Source: Ranitomeya imitator
Lineage: Eukaryota
DNA: 64,000 nt
Reading direction: 5' to 3'
Assembly (NCBI RefSeq): GCF_032444005.1
Contig: NC_091291.1
Span: 4,216,001-4,280,000 of the forward strand
Positions 24,801 to 36,984 of this stretch are shown piece after piece. How positions within the stretch are numbered: position 1 is the first letter of the stretch; every line of letters starts with the position of its first letter. The position numbers and the translations under genes were made by a program. The notes under the pieces are model-generated. The model did no database searches. It was not told where the DNA came from and saw nothing but the letters and a program-made list of their open reading frames with translations.

Positions 24801-25696
24801 CGGGCCATCAGGTGCTCTTGGCTGTCTGCTGCCCATTGCACCATGTACACTCTGGAGTTGAGCTGGACCTTGTCTCATCCCTAAGACCTGTGTCGGGGGC
24901 AGAGACCACAAGATCGGACCCCATGTCCTTTTCTTTGCTCCCTGGCAGATATTGCACTAATTCTTTGATATGAAACGATCTGATGTTGCTCTGATTCATC
25001 GCCCGTCCTTTGCGCTAGCGGCTCTGCTCTTCTGATTGTGATGAGACCTGGAGGTGATGATTGCCAGGAGGAGCTTCCTTGTTCCCATTGATCCACTGTG
25101 GGCTGAGTCGCCATGTGATTGATCCGGCCCCCACGGGCCGATGATGTGGGCCAGGCGGTGTGCACACAGCTTGGTGGGTGCTGTGGATTTCCCCTTCATA
25201 TCTGCGGTCAGAGATTCCACGTTGTATCCCAGGAGCCGCAATGTGGAGAACAAGAAAATGTGCTGCCAAGGATCTGCGTAGAAATCCCCAAGCTGCAGCG
25301 CCACGTCCACCATCCTCTGCCGATCTCCCCAGTGGATTTTCCTGTCCTGTGTGATTGGAACGGTGAGTGTAAGGTCTTATGATTTCTGTAGGAGCCGCCT
25401 GCGTGGGATGGTGTGGTCCTATGTGTCGCCCTGGTGGATCTATTCTTCGTGTTGTGTGCGGCCATGGGATGATGTGCTGATGTTTTGGCACACATACAGA
25501 TGCTGCGGTTTTGGTGGCGGGAACACCGCTGTCTCCAAGCCTCGGAGATGAGCAGCGCAGGCCGAGAAACCTGTAATAAAACTGCGACCCCCCCCTAACT
25601 GGTGATGGTGCAACGCCCCGACGATCCCTCCTCATCTGGAGTCCAGACTTTCCTCCATAGCGGATACAAGTAATGATGTAAAACACGAACCCTGGC

Positions 25697-26676
25697 AGCG
25701 AAACATCCTCATCTACAGCAGAGGAACAGCGAGCGGCTGGTGGGACCGGGGCGGTGAAACATCCTCATCTACTGGAGCAGCAAGCGGCTGGAGGGACCGG
25801 GGCGGCGTAACATCCTCATCTACAGCAGAGGAACAGCGAGCGGCTGGAGGGACCGGGGCGGCGAAACATCCTCATCTACAGCAGAGGAACAGCGAGCGGC
25901 TGGTGGGACCGGGGCGGTGAAACATCCTCATCTACTGGAGCAGCAAGTGGCTGGAGGGACCGGGGCGGCGTAACATCCTCATCTACAGCAGAGGAACAGC
26001 GAGCGGCTGGAGGGACCGGGGCGGCGAAACATCCTCATCTACAGCAGAGGAACAGCGAGCGGCTGGTGGGACCGGGGCGGCGAAACATCCTCATCTACTG
26101 GAGCGGCTGGAGGGACCGGGGCGGCGAAACATCCTCATCTACAGCAGAGGAACAGCGAGCGGCTGGTGGGACCGGGGCGGTGAAACATCCTCATCTACAG
26201 CAGAGGAACAGCGAGCGGCTGGTGGGACCGGGGCGGCGAAACATCCTCATCTACTGGAGCGGCTGGAGGGACCGGGGCGGCGAAACATCCTCATCTACAG
26301 CAGAGGAACAGCGAGCGGCTGGTGGGACCGGGGCGGTGAAACATCCTCATCTACAGCAGAGGAACAGCGAGCGGCTGGTGGGACCGGGGCGGCGAAACAT
26401 CCTCATCTACTGGAGCGGCTGGAGGGACCGGGGCGGCGAAACATCCTCATCTACAGCAGAGGAACAGCGAGCGGCTGGTGGGACCAGGGCGGTGAAACAT
26501 CCTCATCTACTGGAGCAGCAAGCGGCTGGAGGGACCGGGGCGGCGTAACATCCTCATCTACAGCAGAGGAACAGCGAGCGGCTGGAGGGACCGGGCGGCG
26601 AAACATCCTCATCTACAGCAGAGGAACAGCGAGCGGCTGGTGGGACCGGGGCGACGAAACATCCTCATCTACAGGA
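25697..26676. repeat. About 46-56 bp minisatellite (GAAACATCCTCATCTACAGCAGAGGAACAGCGAGCGGCTGGAGGGACCGGGGCGGC)
   Basis: About 18 tandem copies with length variants. Confidence 0.93.
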
Positions 26677-26689
26677 GCAGCACGTCCAC

Positions 26690-29616
26690 GCTGAACTTTC
26701 CTCCCACCTTTCGCTAACTTGCTCTTTGACAATCTACAATCTGGTTTCCGCCTCTATCACTCAACTGAGACAGCCATGACCAAAATTACTAACAACCTAC
26801 TTACCGCCAAAGCTAATGGACAATTCTCTGTACTCCTCCTCCTAGACCCGTCCTCTGCTTTCCACACAGTTGACCACTGCCTCCTACTACAGATCCTCTC
26901 TTCCTTTGGCATCAAAGACCTCGCCCTATCCTGGATCTCCTCGTACCTTTCCATCCACACATTCAGCGTCTCCCACGCTACCTCCTCATCCCACCCTCTC
27001 TGTTGGAGTCCCCCAAGGCTCTGTTCTAGGACCCCTACTCTTCTCAATCTATACACTTGGCCTGGGACAACTCATAACGTCCCATGGATTCCAGTACCAC
27101 CTTTATGCTGATGACACTCAGATCTACCTCTCTGGCCAAGACGTCACCGCTCTGTCCAGAATCCTGGAGAGTCTATCAGCCATATCCTCCTCCTTCTCCT
27201 CTCGCTTCCTCAAACTCAATGTGGACAAATCTGAACTCATCATCTTTCCTCTATCTCATAGATCTTCCTTACCTGACCTGTCTATCACTATTAATGACAT
27301 CATGCTTTTCCCCCGTACCGGAAGTCCGCTGCCTCGGAGTAACCCTTGACTCTGCCCTGTCATTCAAACCGCACATCCAAGCTCTTTCCACCTCCTGTCG
27401 CCTCCAGCTCAAAAATATCTCCAGAATCCGTCCTTTCCTCAACCGTCAATCTACTAAAATGCTTGTGCATGCCCTCATCATCTCCCGCCTCGACTACTGC
27501 AACATCCTCCTCTGCGGCCTCCCTGCTAACACCCTTGCACCTCTCCAGTCCATCCTTAACTCTGCTGCCCGACTAATTCATCTCTCTCCTCGCTACTCCT
27601 CCGCTTCCCCCCTCTGCAAATCTCTTCACTGGCTCCCAATCCCTCAGCGTATCCAGTTCACACTACTAATACTGACCTACAAAGCCATCCACAACCTGTC
27701 TCCTCCATATATCTCTGAACCAATCTCCCGATATCTTCCCTCACGTGATCTCCGGTCCTCCCAAGACCTCCTTCTCTCCTCCACACTTATCCGCTCCTCA
27801 CCCAACCGCCACCAAGACTTCTCCCGAATATTCCCCATCCTCCGGAATTCTCTACCCCAACACGTCCGACTATCAACCACATTCGGATCCTTCAGACGGA
27901 ACCTGAAAACCCAACTCTTCAGGAAAGCCTACAGCCTGCACTGACCCCGCTGCTGCCTCATCACTATCGAAGCTACCGCCTCACCGACACCGGAGCTACC
28001 GCCTCACCGACACCGGAGCTACCGCCTCACCGACACCGGAGCTACCGCCTCACCGACACCGGAGCTACCGCCTCACCGACACCGGAGCTACCGCCTCACC
28101 GACACCGGAGCTACCGCCTCACCGACACCGGAGCTACCGCCTCACCGACACCGGAGCTACCGCCTCACCGACACCGGAGCTACCGCCTCACCGACACCGG
28201 AGCTACCGCCTCACCGACACCGGAGCTACCGCCTCACCGACACCGGAGCTACCGCCTCACCACTACCGGAGCTACCGCCTCACCACTACCGGAGCTACCG
28301 CCTCACCAACACCGGAGCTACCGCCTCACCAACACCGGAGCTACCGCCTACCGCCTCACCACTACTGGAGCTACCGCCTCACCGACACCGGAGCTACCGC
28401 CTCACCGACACCGGAGCTACCGCCTCATCACTACCGGAGCTACCGCCTCACCAACGCCGGAGCTACCGCCTCACCAACACCGGAGCTACCGCCTCACCAA
28501 CACCGGAGCTACCGCCTACCGCCTCACCACTACTGGAGCTACCGCCTCACCGACACCGGAGCTACCGCCTCACCACTACCGGAGCTACCGCCTCACCAAC
28601 ACCGGAGCTACCGCCTCACCAACACCGGAGCTACCGCCTACCGCCTCACCACTACTGGAGCTACCGCCTCACCGACACCGGAGCTACCGCCTCACCGACG
28701 CCGGAGCTACCGCCTCACCGACACCGGAGCTACCGCCTCACCGACACCGGAGCTACCGCCTCACCGACACCGGAGCTACCGCCTCATCACTACCGGAGCT
28801 ACCGCCTCACCAACGCCGGAGCTACCGCCTCACCAACACCGGAGCTACCGCCTCACCAACACCGGAGCTACCGCCTCACCAACACCGGAGCTACCGCCTA
28901 CCGCCTCACCACTACTGGAGCTACCGCCTCACCGACACCGGAGCTACCGCCTCACCAACACCGGAGCTACCGCCTACCGCCTCACCACTACCGGAGCTAC
29001 CGCCTCACCGACACCGGAGCTACCGCCTCACCAACACCGGAGCTACCGCCTACCGCCTCACCACTACTGGAGCTACCGCCTCACCGACACCGGAGCTACT
29101 GCCTCACCGACGCCGGAGCTACCGCCTCACCGACACCGGAGCTACCGCCTCCTCACTACCGGAGCTACCGCCTCACCAACGCCGGAGCTACCGCCTCACC
29201 AACACCGGAGCTACCGCCTACCGCCTCACCACTACTGGAGCTACCGCCTCACCGACACCGGAGCTACCGCCTCACCACCGCCGGAGCTACCGCCTCACCA
29301 CCGCCGGAGCTACCGCCTCACCACCGCCGGAGCTACCGCCTCACCACCGCCGGAGCTACCGCCTCACCACCGCCGGAGCTACCGCCTCACCACCGCCGGA
29401 GCTACCGCCTCACCACCGCCGGAGCTACCGCCTCACCACCGCCGGAGCTCCTACAACCTACTGTCTCCTTCCCCACCGTCCTGTAGAATGTAAGCCCCCC
29501 AGGGCCGGGTCCTCGCCCCTCCGTATCAGTCCTTTACTGTAAGTGATATCTGTAATTTGTATGTGACCCCTTCTCATGTTTAGACCATGGATTCAATGGT
29601 GCTATAGAAATAATAA
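26690..29616 (+). mobile_element. 5'-truncated L2-clade LINE: frameshifted RT remnant (about 26720-27943) plus a 3' UTR containing a minisatellite
   Basis: Motifs [55 protein letters not shown] typical of L2; 3' end GTAGAATGTAAGCCC...GGTGCTATAGAAATAATAA. Confidence 0.88.
27955..29452. repeat. 23-bp minisatellite (GGAGCTACCGCCTCACCGACACC) inside the L2 3' UTR
   Basis: About 63 copies; period 23 measured at 28021/28044. Confidence 0.96.
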
Positions 29617-30597
29617 CACTGGCCAACGTAATTTTTCCGGCAAAAGTTTTTAAAACCTATTTCAAGTCAGTTTTGGCTGCTGATTACGAATGTGAGCTCC
29701 GTTTTTGGCCATCACGTCAGGATTACGGGATATTTTCAGTTTTTGATGAAAATGACTCCTAATGTTTTATGATAAAAACACATGATTTTCGGTACTACAT
29801 TGTATATTTTTAATCAAGGAATAACAAAGATTACAAAGTCCATGTGCAGCAAATCACATATCCTTACAGAATTAAACTACAGAATATAAACACATCTATA
29901 TGGCGCACAGATGAATGAGACATGGCCGTTATGTGAACTTTCTTTTCTCGGCTGATCGGTGATGTTCGGCTTCTGTCGTCTCTCATCACCAGCAATAGTC
30001 GCCATCATACGTGGGTCCCACCGGCCCTGATACCGTTCTTCCATTGGTTTAATGTCCTGATGAAATCGCTCCTTGTTCCTCGCTCACATCCCCTCTCATA
30101 CGTGTTCTTATTTCAGGTCCATATATAGTTACTGCATCCTCCACGGTGATTGAGAGCTCTGACCACTGCTTCATCCATCCAAGATTATGTGTAATGGAGG
30201 AAAGACAATGTCCGTCCTATAGAGGATGATGGAGGACATTCTTATCGCTCTGCCGCTGAGGCCGTGCAGTGTTCGCCCAACGCTCTGCTGTAGCTCTACT
30301 GTCCCAGCAGCCCAAAAAACAAGGTGTCATCATAACAAATGGGAATTCTGCAAGTTCAAAGGAAAGATATTCTCACATTTATCGGGAGACGACATGAAAA
30401 CTATATTTCCCTTAGTGAACCGTATAAACCAGCACTTTTCATACACTACTTATATTTATCATGGAATTCATGAAAATGGGCGATATACCTATAGCGATAG
30501 AGAAATTATAAGATCAGATTTGAAGTCAGCGCCCTCAGATTAGTCTAAAACTGTTCCTAAAGTCCATGCCAGAATTTTTTTTTTTTGTAGACCAGTG
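29617..30597 (-). mobile_element. Internally deleted DNA transposon with a transposase C-terminal remnant; family not assigned
   Basis: Imperfect TIRs CACTGGCC.../...GACCAGTG-TA; minus strand about 29980-30095 encodes (frameshifted) GDVSEEQGERFHQDIKPMEERYQGRWDPRMMADYCW. Confidence 0.65.
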
Positions 30598-30599
30598 TA

Positions 30600-30806
30600 A
30601 TAATCTACAGCAGAGAAACAATGTGACAGGAAGTGTTGTCATAGGGCCGCGGCTCCAGTCACAGCTGACAGGACCATGCGCAGTGCAGCGGCCGCTGGGG
30701 TTTCCCTGCAGTACCGGGGGCGCCCGCCTGGAGGTGCCAGGCTGCTGTGACGACGCTCTGCCTCCCCCAGTGATCATAGAGCTGGCGGAAGTCCGGGTGT
30801 AGTAAG
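30600..30806 (+). promoter_or_regulatory. NECAP2 CpG-rich promoter and 5' UTR
   Basis: ETS sites CAGGAAGT (about 30627) and CGGAAGT (30786); YY1 motif AAGATGGCGG overlapping the start codon. Confidence 0.6.
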
Positions 30807-30898
30807 ATGGCGGACGGCGATTACGAGTCGGTGTTGTGTGTGAAGCCGGAAGTTCACGTTTACCGGATTCCTCCCCGATCGTCCAACCGGGGATACAG
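30807..30898 (+). CDS. NECAP2: Adaptin ear-binding coat-associated protein 2, exon 1
   Basis: [31 protein letters not shown]; GTGAGT donor; eight exons total 759 nt = 252 aa plus stop. Confidence 0.95.
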
Positions 30899-30964
30899 GT
30901 GAGTGCGGGGCGGGGACTCCGGGAAGGAGCCGCTGTTCTCGGGTAACCCGTGTCCTCTCCACAG

Positions 30965-31065
30965 AGCGGCGGAATGGCAGCTGGACCAACCGGCCTGGAG
31001 CGGCCGCCTCCGCATCACCGCCAGGGGGAAGATGGCGTACATCAAGCTGGAGGACCGGAGCTCCG
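30965..31065 (+). CDS. NECAP2: NECAP2 exon 2
   Basis: [34 protein letters not shown] (PHear domain). Confidence 0.95.
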
Positions 31066-31074
31066 GTGAGGAGG

Positions 31075-33997
31075 GGGAGACTGGGGAGCGTGATAATGGA
31101 GAGAGGAGCGTGAGAGGGTGACCGTGAGGGGAGAGGAGCGTAATAATGTGACCGTGAGGGGAAAGGAGCGTAATAATGTGACCGTGAGGGGAGAGGAGCG
31201 TAATAATGTGACCGTGAGGGGAAAGGAGCGTAATAATGTGACCGTGAGGGGAGAGGAGCGTAATAATGTGACCGTGAGGGGAGAGGAGCGTAATAATGTG
31301 ACCGTGAGGGGAGAGGAGCGTAATAATGTGACCGTGAGGGGAGAGGAGCGTAATAATGTGACCGTGAGGGGAGAGGAGCGTAATAATGTGACGGTGAGGG
31401 GAGAGGAGTGTAATAATGCGACCGTGAGGGGAGAGGAGCGTAATAATGTGACGGTGAAGGGAGAGGAGTGTAATAATGTGACGGTGAAGGGAGAGGAGCG
31501 TAATAATGTGACGGTTGAGGGAGAGGAGCGTAAGAACGTGACGGTGAGGGGAGAGGAGCGTAAGAACGCGACGGTGAGGGGAGAGGAGCGTAATAATGTG
31601 ACGGTGAGGGGAGAGAAGCGTGAGAACGTGACGGTGAGGGGAGAGGAGCGTAATAATGTGAGTGAGGGGAGAGGAGCGTAATAATGTGAGTGAGGGGAGA
31701 GGAGCGTAATAAAGTGACGGTGAGGGGAGAGGAGCGTAATAATGTGACGGTGAGGGGAGAGGAGCGTAATAATGTGACCGTGAGGGGAAAGGAGCGTAAT
31801 AATGTGACCGTGAGGGGAGAGGAGCGTAATAATGTGACGGTGAGGGGAGAGGAGCGTAATAATGTGACCGTGAGGGGAGAGGAGCGTAATAATGTGACCG
31901 TGAGGGGAGAGGAGCGTAATAATGTGACCGTGAGGGGAGAGGAGCGTAATAATGTGACGGTGAGGGGAGAGGAGTGTAATAATGCGACCGTGAGGGGAGA
32001 GGAGCGTAATAATGTGACGGTGAAGGGAGAGGAGTGTAATAATGTGACGGTGAAGGGAGAGGAGCGTAATAATGTGACGGTTGAGGGAGAGGAGCGTAAG
32101 AACGTGACGGTGAGGGGAGAGGAGCGTAAGAACGCGACGGTGAGGGGAGAGGAGCGTAATAATGTGACGGTGAGGGGAGAGAAGCGTGAGAACGTGACGG
32201 TGAGGGGAGAGGAGCGTAATAATGTGAGTGAGGGGAGAGGAGCGTAATAATGTGAGTGAGGGGAGAGGAGCGTAATAAAGTGACGGTGAGGGGAGAGGAG
32301 CGTAATAATGTGACGGTGAGGGGAGAGGAGCGTAAGAACGTGACGGTGAGGGGAGAGGAGCGTAAGAACGTGACGGTGAAGGGAGAGGAGCGTAAGAACG
32401 TGACGGTGAGGGGAGAGGAGCGTAAGAACGCGACGGTGAGGGGAGAGGAGCGTAAGAACGCGACGGTGAGGGGAGAGGAGCGTAAGAACGTGACGGTGAG
32501 GGGAGAGGAGCGTAAGAACGTGACGGTGAGGGGAGAGGAGCGTAAGAACGTGACGGTGAGGGGAGAGGAGCGTAAGAACGTGACGGTGAGGGGAGAGGAG
32601 CGTAAGAACGTGACGGTGAGGGGAGAGGAGCGTAAGAACGTGACGGTGAGGGGAGAGGAGCGTAAGAACGTGACGGTGAGGGGAGAGGAGCGTAAGAACG
32701 TGACGGTGAGGGGAGAGGAGCGTAAGAACGTGACGGTGAGGGGAGAGGAGTGTAAGAACGCGACGGTGAGGGGAGAGGAGCGTAAGAGCGTGACGGTGAG
32801 GGGAGAGGAGTGTAAGAATGCGACGCTAATGGGAGAGGAGCGTAATTGAACAACGGCGACAGGAGAGGAGTGTAAGAATGCGACGGTGAGGGGAGAGGAG
32901 TGTAAGAGCGTGATGCTGGGAGAGGAGCGTAAAAGCGTGACGGTTAAGGGAGAGGAGTGTAGTAACACGACGCTGAGGGGAGAGGAGCGTAATAAAACGA
33001 CGCCGAGGGGAGAGGAGTGTAATAACACGACGCTAAGGGGAGAGGAGCGTAATAGAACAACAGTGAGGGGAGAGGAGTGTAATAACACGACGCTAAAGGG
33101 AGAGGAGCTTAATAGAACGACGGTGAGGGGAAAGGAGTTTAATAACGCGACGCTGAGGGGAGGAGCGTAATAGCACGACGGCGAGGGGAGAGGAGCGTGA
33201 TAGCACAATGGCGAGGGGAGAGGAGCGTAATAGCACGACGGGGAGGCGAGAGGAGCGTAATAGCACGATGGCGAGGGAGGAGCGTAATAGCACGACGGCG
33301 AGGGGAGAGGAGCGTGATAGCACGACGGGGAGGCGAGAGGAGCGTAATAGCACGATGGCGAGGGGAGAGAAGCGTAATAGCACGACGGGGAGAGGAGTGT
33401 AAGAGCGCGACGCTGAGGGGAGGAGCGTAATAGCACGACAGCGAGGGGAGAGAAGCGTAATAGCACGACGGCGAGGGGAGAGAAGCGTAATAGCACGACG
33501 GCGAGGGGAGAGAAGCGTAATAGCACGACGGGGAGAGGAGTGTAAGAGCGCGACGCTGAGGGGAGGAGCGTAATAGCACGACAGCGAGGGGAGAGAAGCG
33601 TAATAGCACGACGGCGAGGGGAGAGAAGCGTAATAGCACGACGGCGAGGGGAGAGAAGCGTAATAGCACGACGGCGAGGGGAGAGGAGCGTAATAGCACG
33701 GCGGTGAGGGGAGAGGAGCGTAATAGCACGACGGCGAGGGGAGAGGAGCGTAATAGCACGGCGGTGAGGGGAGAGGAGCGTAATAGCACGACGGCGAGGG
33801 GAGAGAAGCGTAATAGCACGGCGGTGAGGGGAGAGAAGCGTAATAGCACGACGGCGAGGGGAGAGGAGCGTAATAGCATGGCGGTGAGGGGAGAGGAGCG
33901 TAAGAACGCGACAGTGAGGGGAGAGGAGTGTAAGAGCGCGACGGTCGGGAGAGGAGCATAATAGCATGACGCTGAGGGGAGAGGAGTGTAAGAGCGT
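31075..33997. repeat. About 30-bp purine-rich minisatellite in NECAP2 intron 2 (GAGGGGAGAGGAGCGTAATAATGTGACCGT)
   Basis: About 100 copies; 566-bp internal duplication (marker at 31621/32187); unit sequence changes progressively along the array. Confidence 0.97.
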
Positions 33998-34383
33998 GAT
34001 ATATACTTGTGGCAGTAATGTCTCATCAGTCTGAACTCCCTGTAGTTCGAGGCGACGTCTCTTTGCTCTGTTTCTCCCGGGAGTTGAGGTTGTGGCCGCT
34101 GTTTGCGGTTTGCACTGACCGTACAGACGGCGGCTCAGATCCTCGATGTGTCGGCTGCAGATGCCCGATGTCATCTGTAGTGTTAGGTGGTTACAGCTGC
34201 AGCTCTGCGCCTTGTATGAACCCTTCCCCCTCTGTGAGCCGTGCCGTCTCTCTGTGTGCCGCGCCGTCTCTCTGTGTGCCGCGCCGTCTCTCTGTGAGCC
34301 GTGCCGTCTCTCTGTGTGCCGCGCCGTCTCTCTGTGTGCCGCGCTGGCTCTCTGCCATGTTGGTCACCCGCCTCTCTCCACAG

Positions 34384-34488
34384 GGGAGCTCTTCGCTCAG
34401 GCGTCGGTGGAGCAGTTTCCAGGAATCGCTGTGGAAAATGTTGTTGATTCAAGTCGTTATTTTGTGATTTGCATTGAGGACGGGACTG
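34384..34488 (+). CDS. NECAP2: NECAP2 exon 3
   Basis: [34 protein letters not shown]. Confidence 0.95.
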
Positions 34489-34572
34489 GTGAGTGGCCGC
34501 GGGGTGCCCATAGAGATGTGCCCATAGGGATGTGCCCCCCACCTGTGTGTCCAACCTGTTCTTCTCCTGCAG

Positions 34573-34654
34573 GCCGGCGGGCTTTCATCGGGGTGGGATT
34601 TGCTGACCGCGGAGATGCCTTTGACTTCAATGTTGCTCTGCAGGATCACTTCAA
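34573..34654 (+). CDS. NECAP2: NECAP2 exon 4
   Basis: [27 protein letters not shown]; GTAAGT donor. Confidence 0.95.
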
Positions 34655-34714
34655 GTAAGTCCCTCCGAGGAGGTGCCTGTCTGTCTACTGTGTAAATGTC
34701 TCTATATGTCATGA

Positions 34715-35570
34715 TTTCCGGGCCGCCTGTTACTGTCGTGGCTGCTAATGTTTGGGCCGCCTGTGGCGGTCGCGGCTGATAATTTCTGGGCCGCCTGTGA
34801 CTGTCGCGGCTGATGATTTCCAGGCCGCCTGTGACGGTCGTGGCTGCTGATTTCTGGGCCGCCTGTGACGGTTGCGGCTGCTGATTTCCGGGCCGCCTGT
34901 GGCGGTCGTGGCTGCTGATTTCCGGGTCGCCTGTGGCGGTCGTGGCTGCTGATTTCTGGGCCGCCTGTGGCGGTCGCGGCTGCTGATTTCCGGGCCGCCT
35001 GTGGCGGTCGCGGCTGCTGATTTCTGGGCCGCCTGTGGCGGTCGCGGCTGCTGATTTCTGGGCCGCCTGTGACGGTCGTGGCTGCTGATTTCCGGGCCGC
35101 CTGTGGCGGTCGTGGCTGCTGATTTCCGGGTCGCCTGTGGCGGTCGTGGCTGCTGATTTCTGGGCCGCCTGTGGCGGTCGCGGCTGCTGATTTTCGGGCC
35201 GCCTGTGGCGGTCGCGGCTGCTGATTTCTGGGCCGCCTGTGGCGGTCGCGGCTGCTGATTTCTGGGCCGCCTGTGACGGTCGCGGCTGCTGATTTCCGGG
35301 CCGCCTGTTGCGGTCGTGGCTGCTGATTTCCGGGTCGCCTGTGGCGGTCGTGGCTGCTGATTTCTGGGCCGCCTGTGGCGGTCGCGGCTGCTGATTTCCG
35401 GGCCGCCTGTGGCGGTCGCGGCTGCTGATTTCTGGGCCGCCTGTGGCGGTCGCGGCTGCTGATTTCTGGGCCGCCTGTGACGGTCGTGGCTGCTGATTTC
35501 CGGGCCGCCTGTGGCGGTCGCGGCTGATGATTTTCGGGCCGCCTGCGGCGGTCGCGGCTGATGATTTCCG
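34715..35570. repeat. 34-bp minisatellite in NECAP2 intron 4 (GCTGATTTCTGGGCCGCCTGTGGCGGTCGCGGCT)
   Basis: About 24 copies; minus-strand ORF period 34 aa = 3x34 bp. Confidence 0.95.
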
Positions 35571-35615
35571 GTTATCTCAGTTTTGTGACTCCTGTCTCCA
35601 TCTTTCCGCCTCCAG

Positions 35616-35724
35616 GTGGGTGAAGCAACAGTCAGAATTTGCAAAACAAGCTCAGAACCCGAATCCGGGACCGAAACTGGACCTCGGCTTCAAGGAGGGA
35701 CAGACGATCAAGATCAACATAGCT
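35616..35724 (+). CDS. NECAP2: NECAP2 exon 5
   Basis: [36 protein letters not shown] (KEGQTI motif). Confidence 0.95.
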
Positions 35725-36542
35725 GTAGGTGGAGGGCGGTCACACCCGCCGGGACCGTACTTCTCTGGTGACGGGCCAGGATTGTCTTGTGTGTGTGGTT
35801 GGAGTCCGGCGAGCTGTGGGCTCTGCTACTTGTATCAGTAGTGTAACAGGAGAATAAAATCGCAAAAGGCATAAAATATCAAAGCAGCAGAAATAATCGG
35901 GGTGTCTCCGATGAATGTAAAGGGGTCTCCCAAGAATCTGGCGAGAGACATTTCTATAGTTTTGACTTGTCATCATTAAATGGAACAATCTTCCCCTTTT
36001 CTTGTGGTTTCTAGGTTACATCTTTGTCCTAAACCTTTGTGTGGTTATTGTTCCTGCAGTCATCAGGGGAAGCTTGTGGCTCCTCTGCCGCTATCCGGAC
36101 AGTTAGACTTATTCTATTGAATTGTGGTGTCTTTTCCTTAATCTCCGGGTGATTAATATGAAGCGTGTGAAACCTTCCCTGGAAACCAATAATCCCAATA
36201 GCTGTATATTGGGGGCTCTGTCGGCCGTGCCCAGAGGGGCAATATTTAGCGACACCTGTTTATCCAGTATTTGACTACCATCACTGCCTGATATACATTT
36301 TGGGCCAGTTGTCCATATTGTGTAATCAGGGCATGGGTGGTCCGGTGAGGACGCCTGTAATGGGATGATTCTCGGGGAGACCCCCCGCTTTTATCTGCTG
36401 CTTTGATATTTTATTCCTTTTGAGATAAAGTTTTTAATGAACCATTACAAGTTATATTTTATTTCTGCTGCTGCTATGTCTGATTCTTTGGTGGGCACCT
36501 GGCTATGGATTCTTCTGCAGCATGTACCCCCTCTCCCCTCAG

Positions 36543-36681
36543 AACATGAAGAAAAAAGATGGCGCCCCTACTGCTGCTAAACCGCGACCACTGAGCTCCG
36601 GACCCAGCCTGCTGCCCCCACCGCCCGGCACCAGGACCACCTCTCAGCAGAGCGCCCCCCAGCCGACCGCAGCCTCAGCAG
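36543..36681 (+). CDS. NECAP2: NECAP2 exon 6
   Basis: NMKKKDGAPTAAKPRPLSSGPSLLPPPPG... Confidence 0.9.
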
Positions 36682-36765
36682 GTAGGGTATGATTACTGGT
36701 GCACCCCCAGGATTCCTGTGTAGAGACGAGCGGCGCCCTGACCCCTCTGATCTCTCCTGATCCAG

Positions 36766-36853
36766 GGCTGCTCTTGGATATCGGAAGCTTTTCCTCCAGC
36801 GCGGAACCAGCGGCTTCTACAGACGCGTGGGGCGACTTCACGAAGGCTGCGGG
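36766..36853 (+). CDS. NECAP2: NECAP2 exon 7
   Basis: LLLDIGSFSSSAEPAASTDAWGDFTKAAG (WGDF motif); alternative in-frame acceptor at 36823. Confidence 0.8.
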
Positions 36854-36941
36854 GTGAGTTGGGGTCATAGCAGATTCTCCTTGCCCTGGGCGGGGGTCTC
36901 GTTCAGGTGTTACACCATCTCTCCTGCATTGCTCTTCACAG

Positions 36942-36984
36942 TTCAGCCTCTGGACAGCCGAGCTCCGGGTGGGTGCAGTTCTGA
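36942..36984 (+). CDS. NECAP2: NECAP2 exon 8
   Basis: SASGQPSSGWVQF-stop; C-terminal WxxF AP-2 alpha-ear motif. Confidence 0.93.

Noticed and set aside
30807-36984. NECAP1 as the identity of the gene
   Set aside because: Sequence ([19 protein letters not shown], [15 protein letters not shown]) and the SZRD1/CROCC neighbourhood both fit NECAP2
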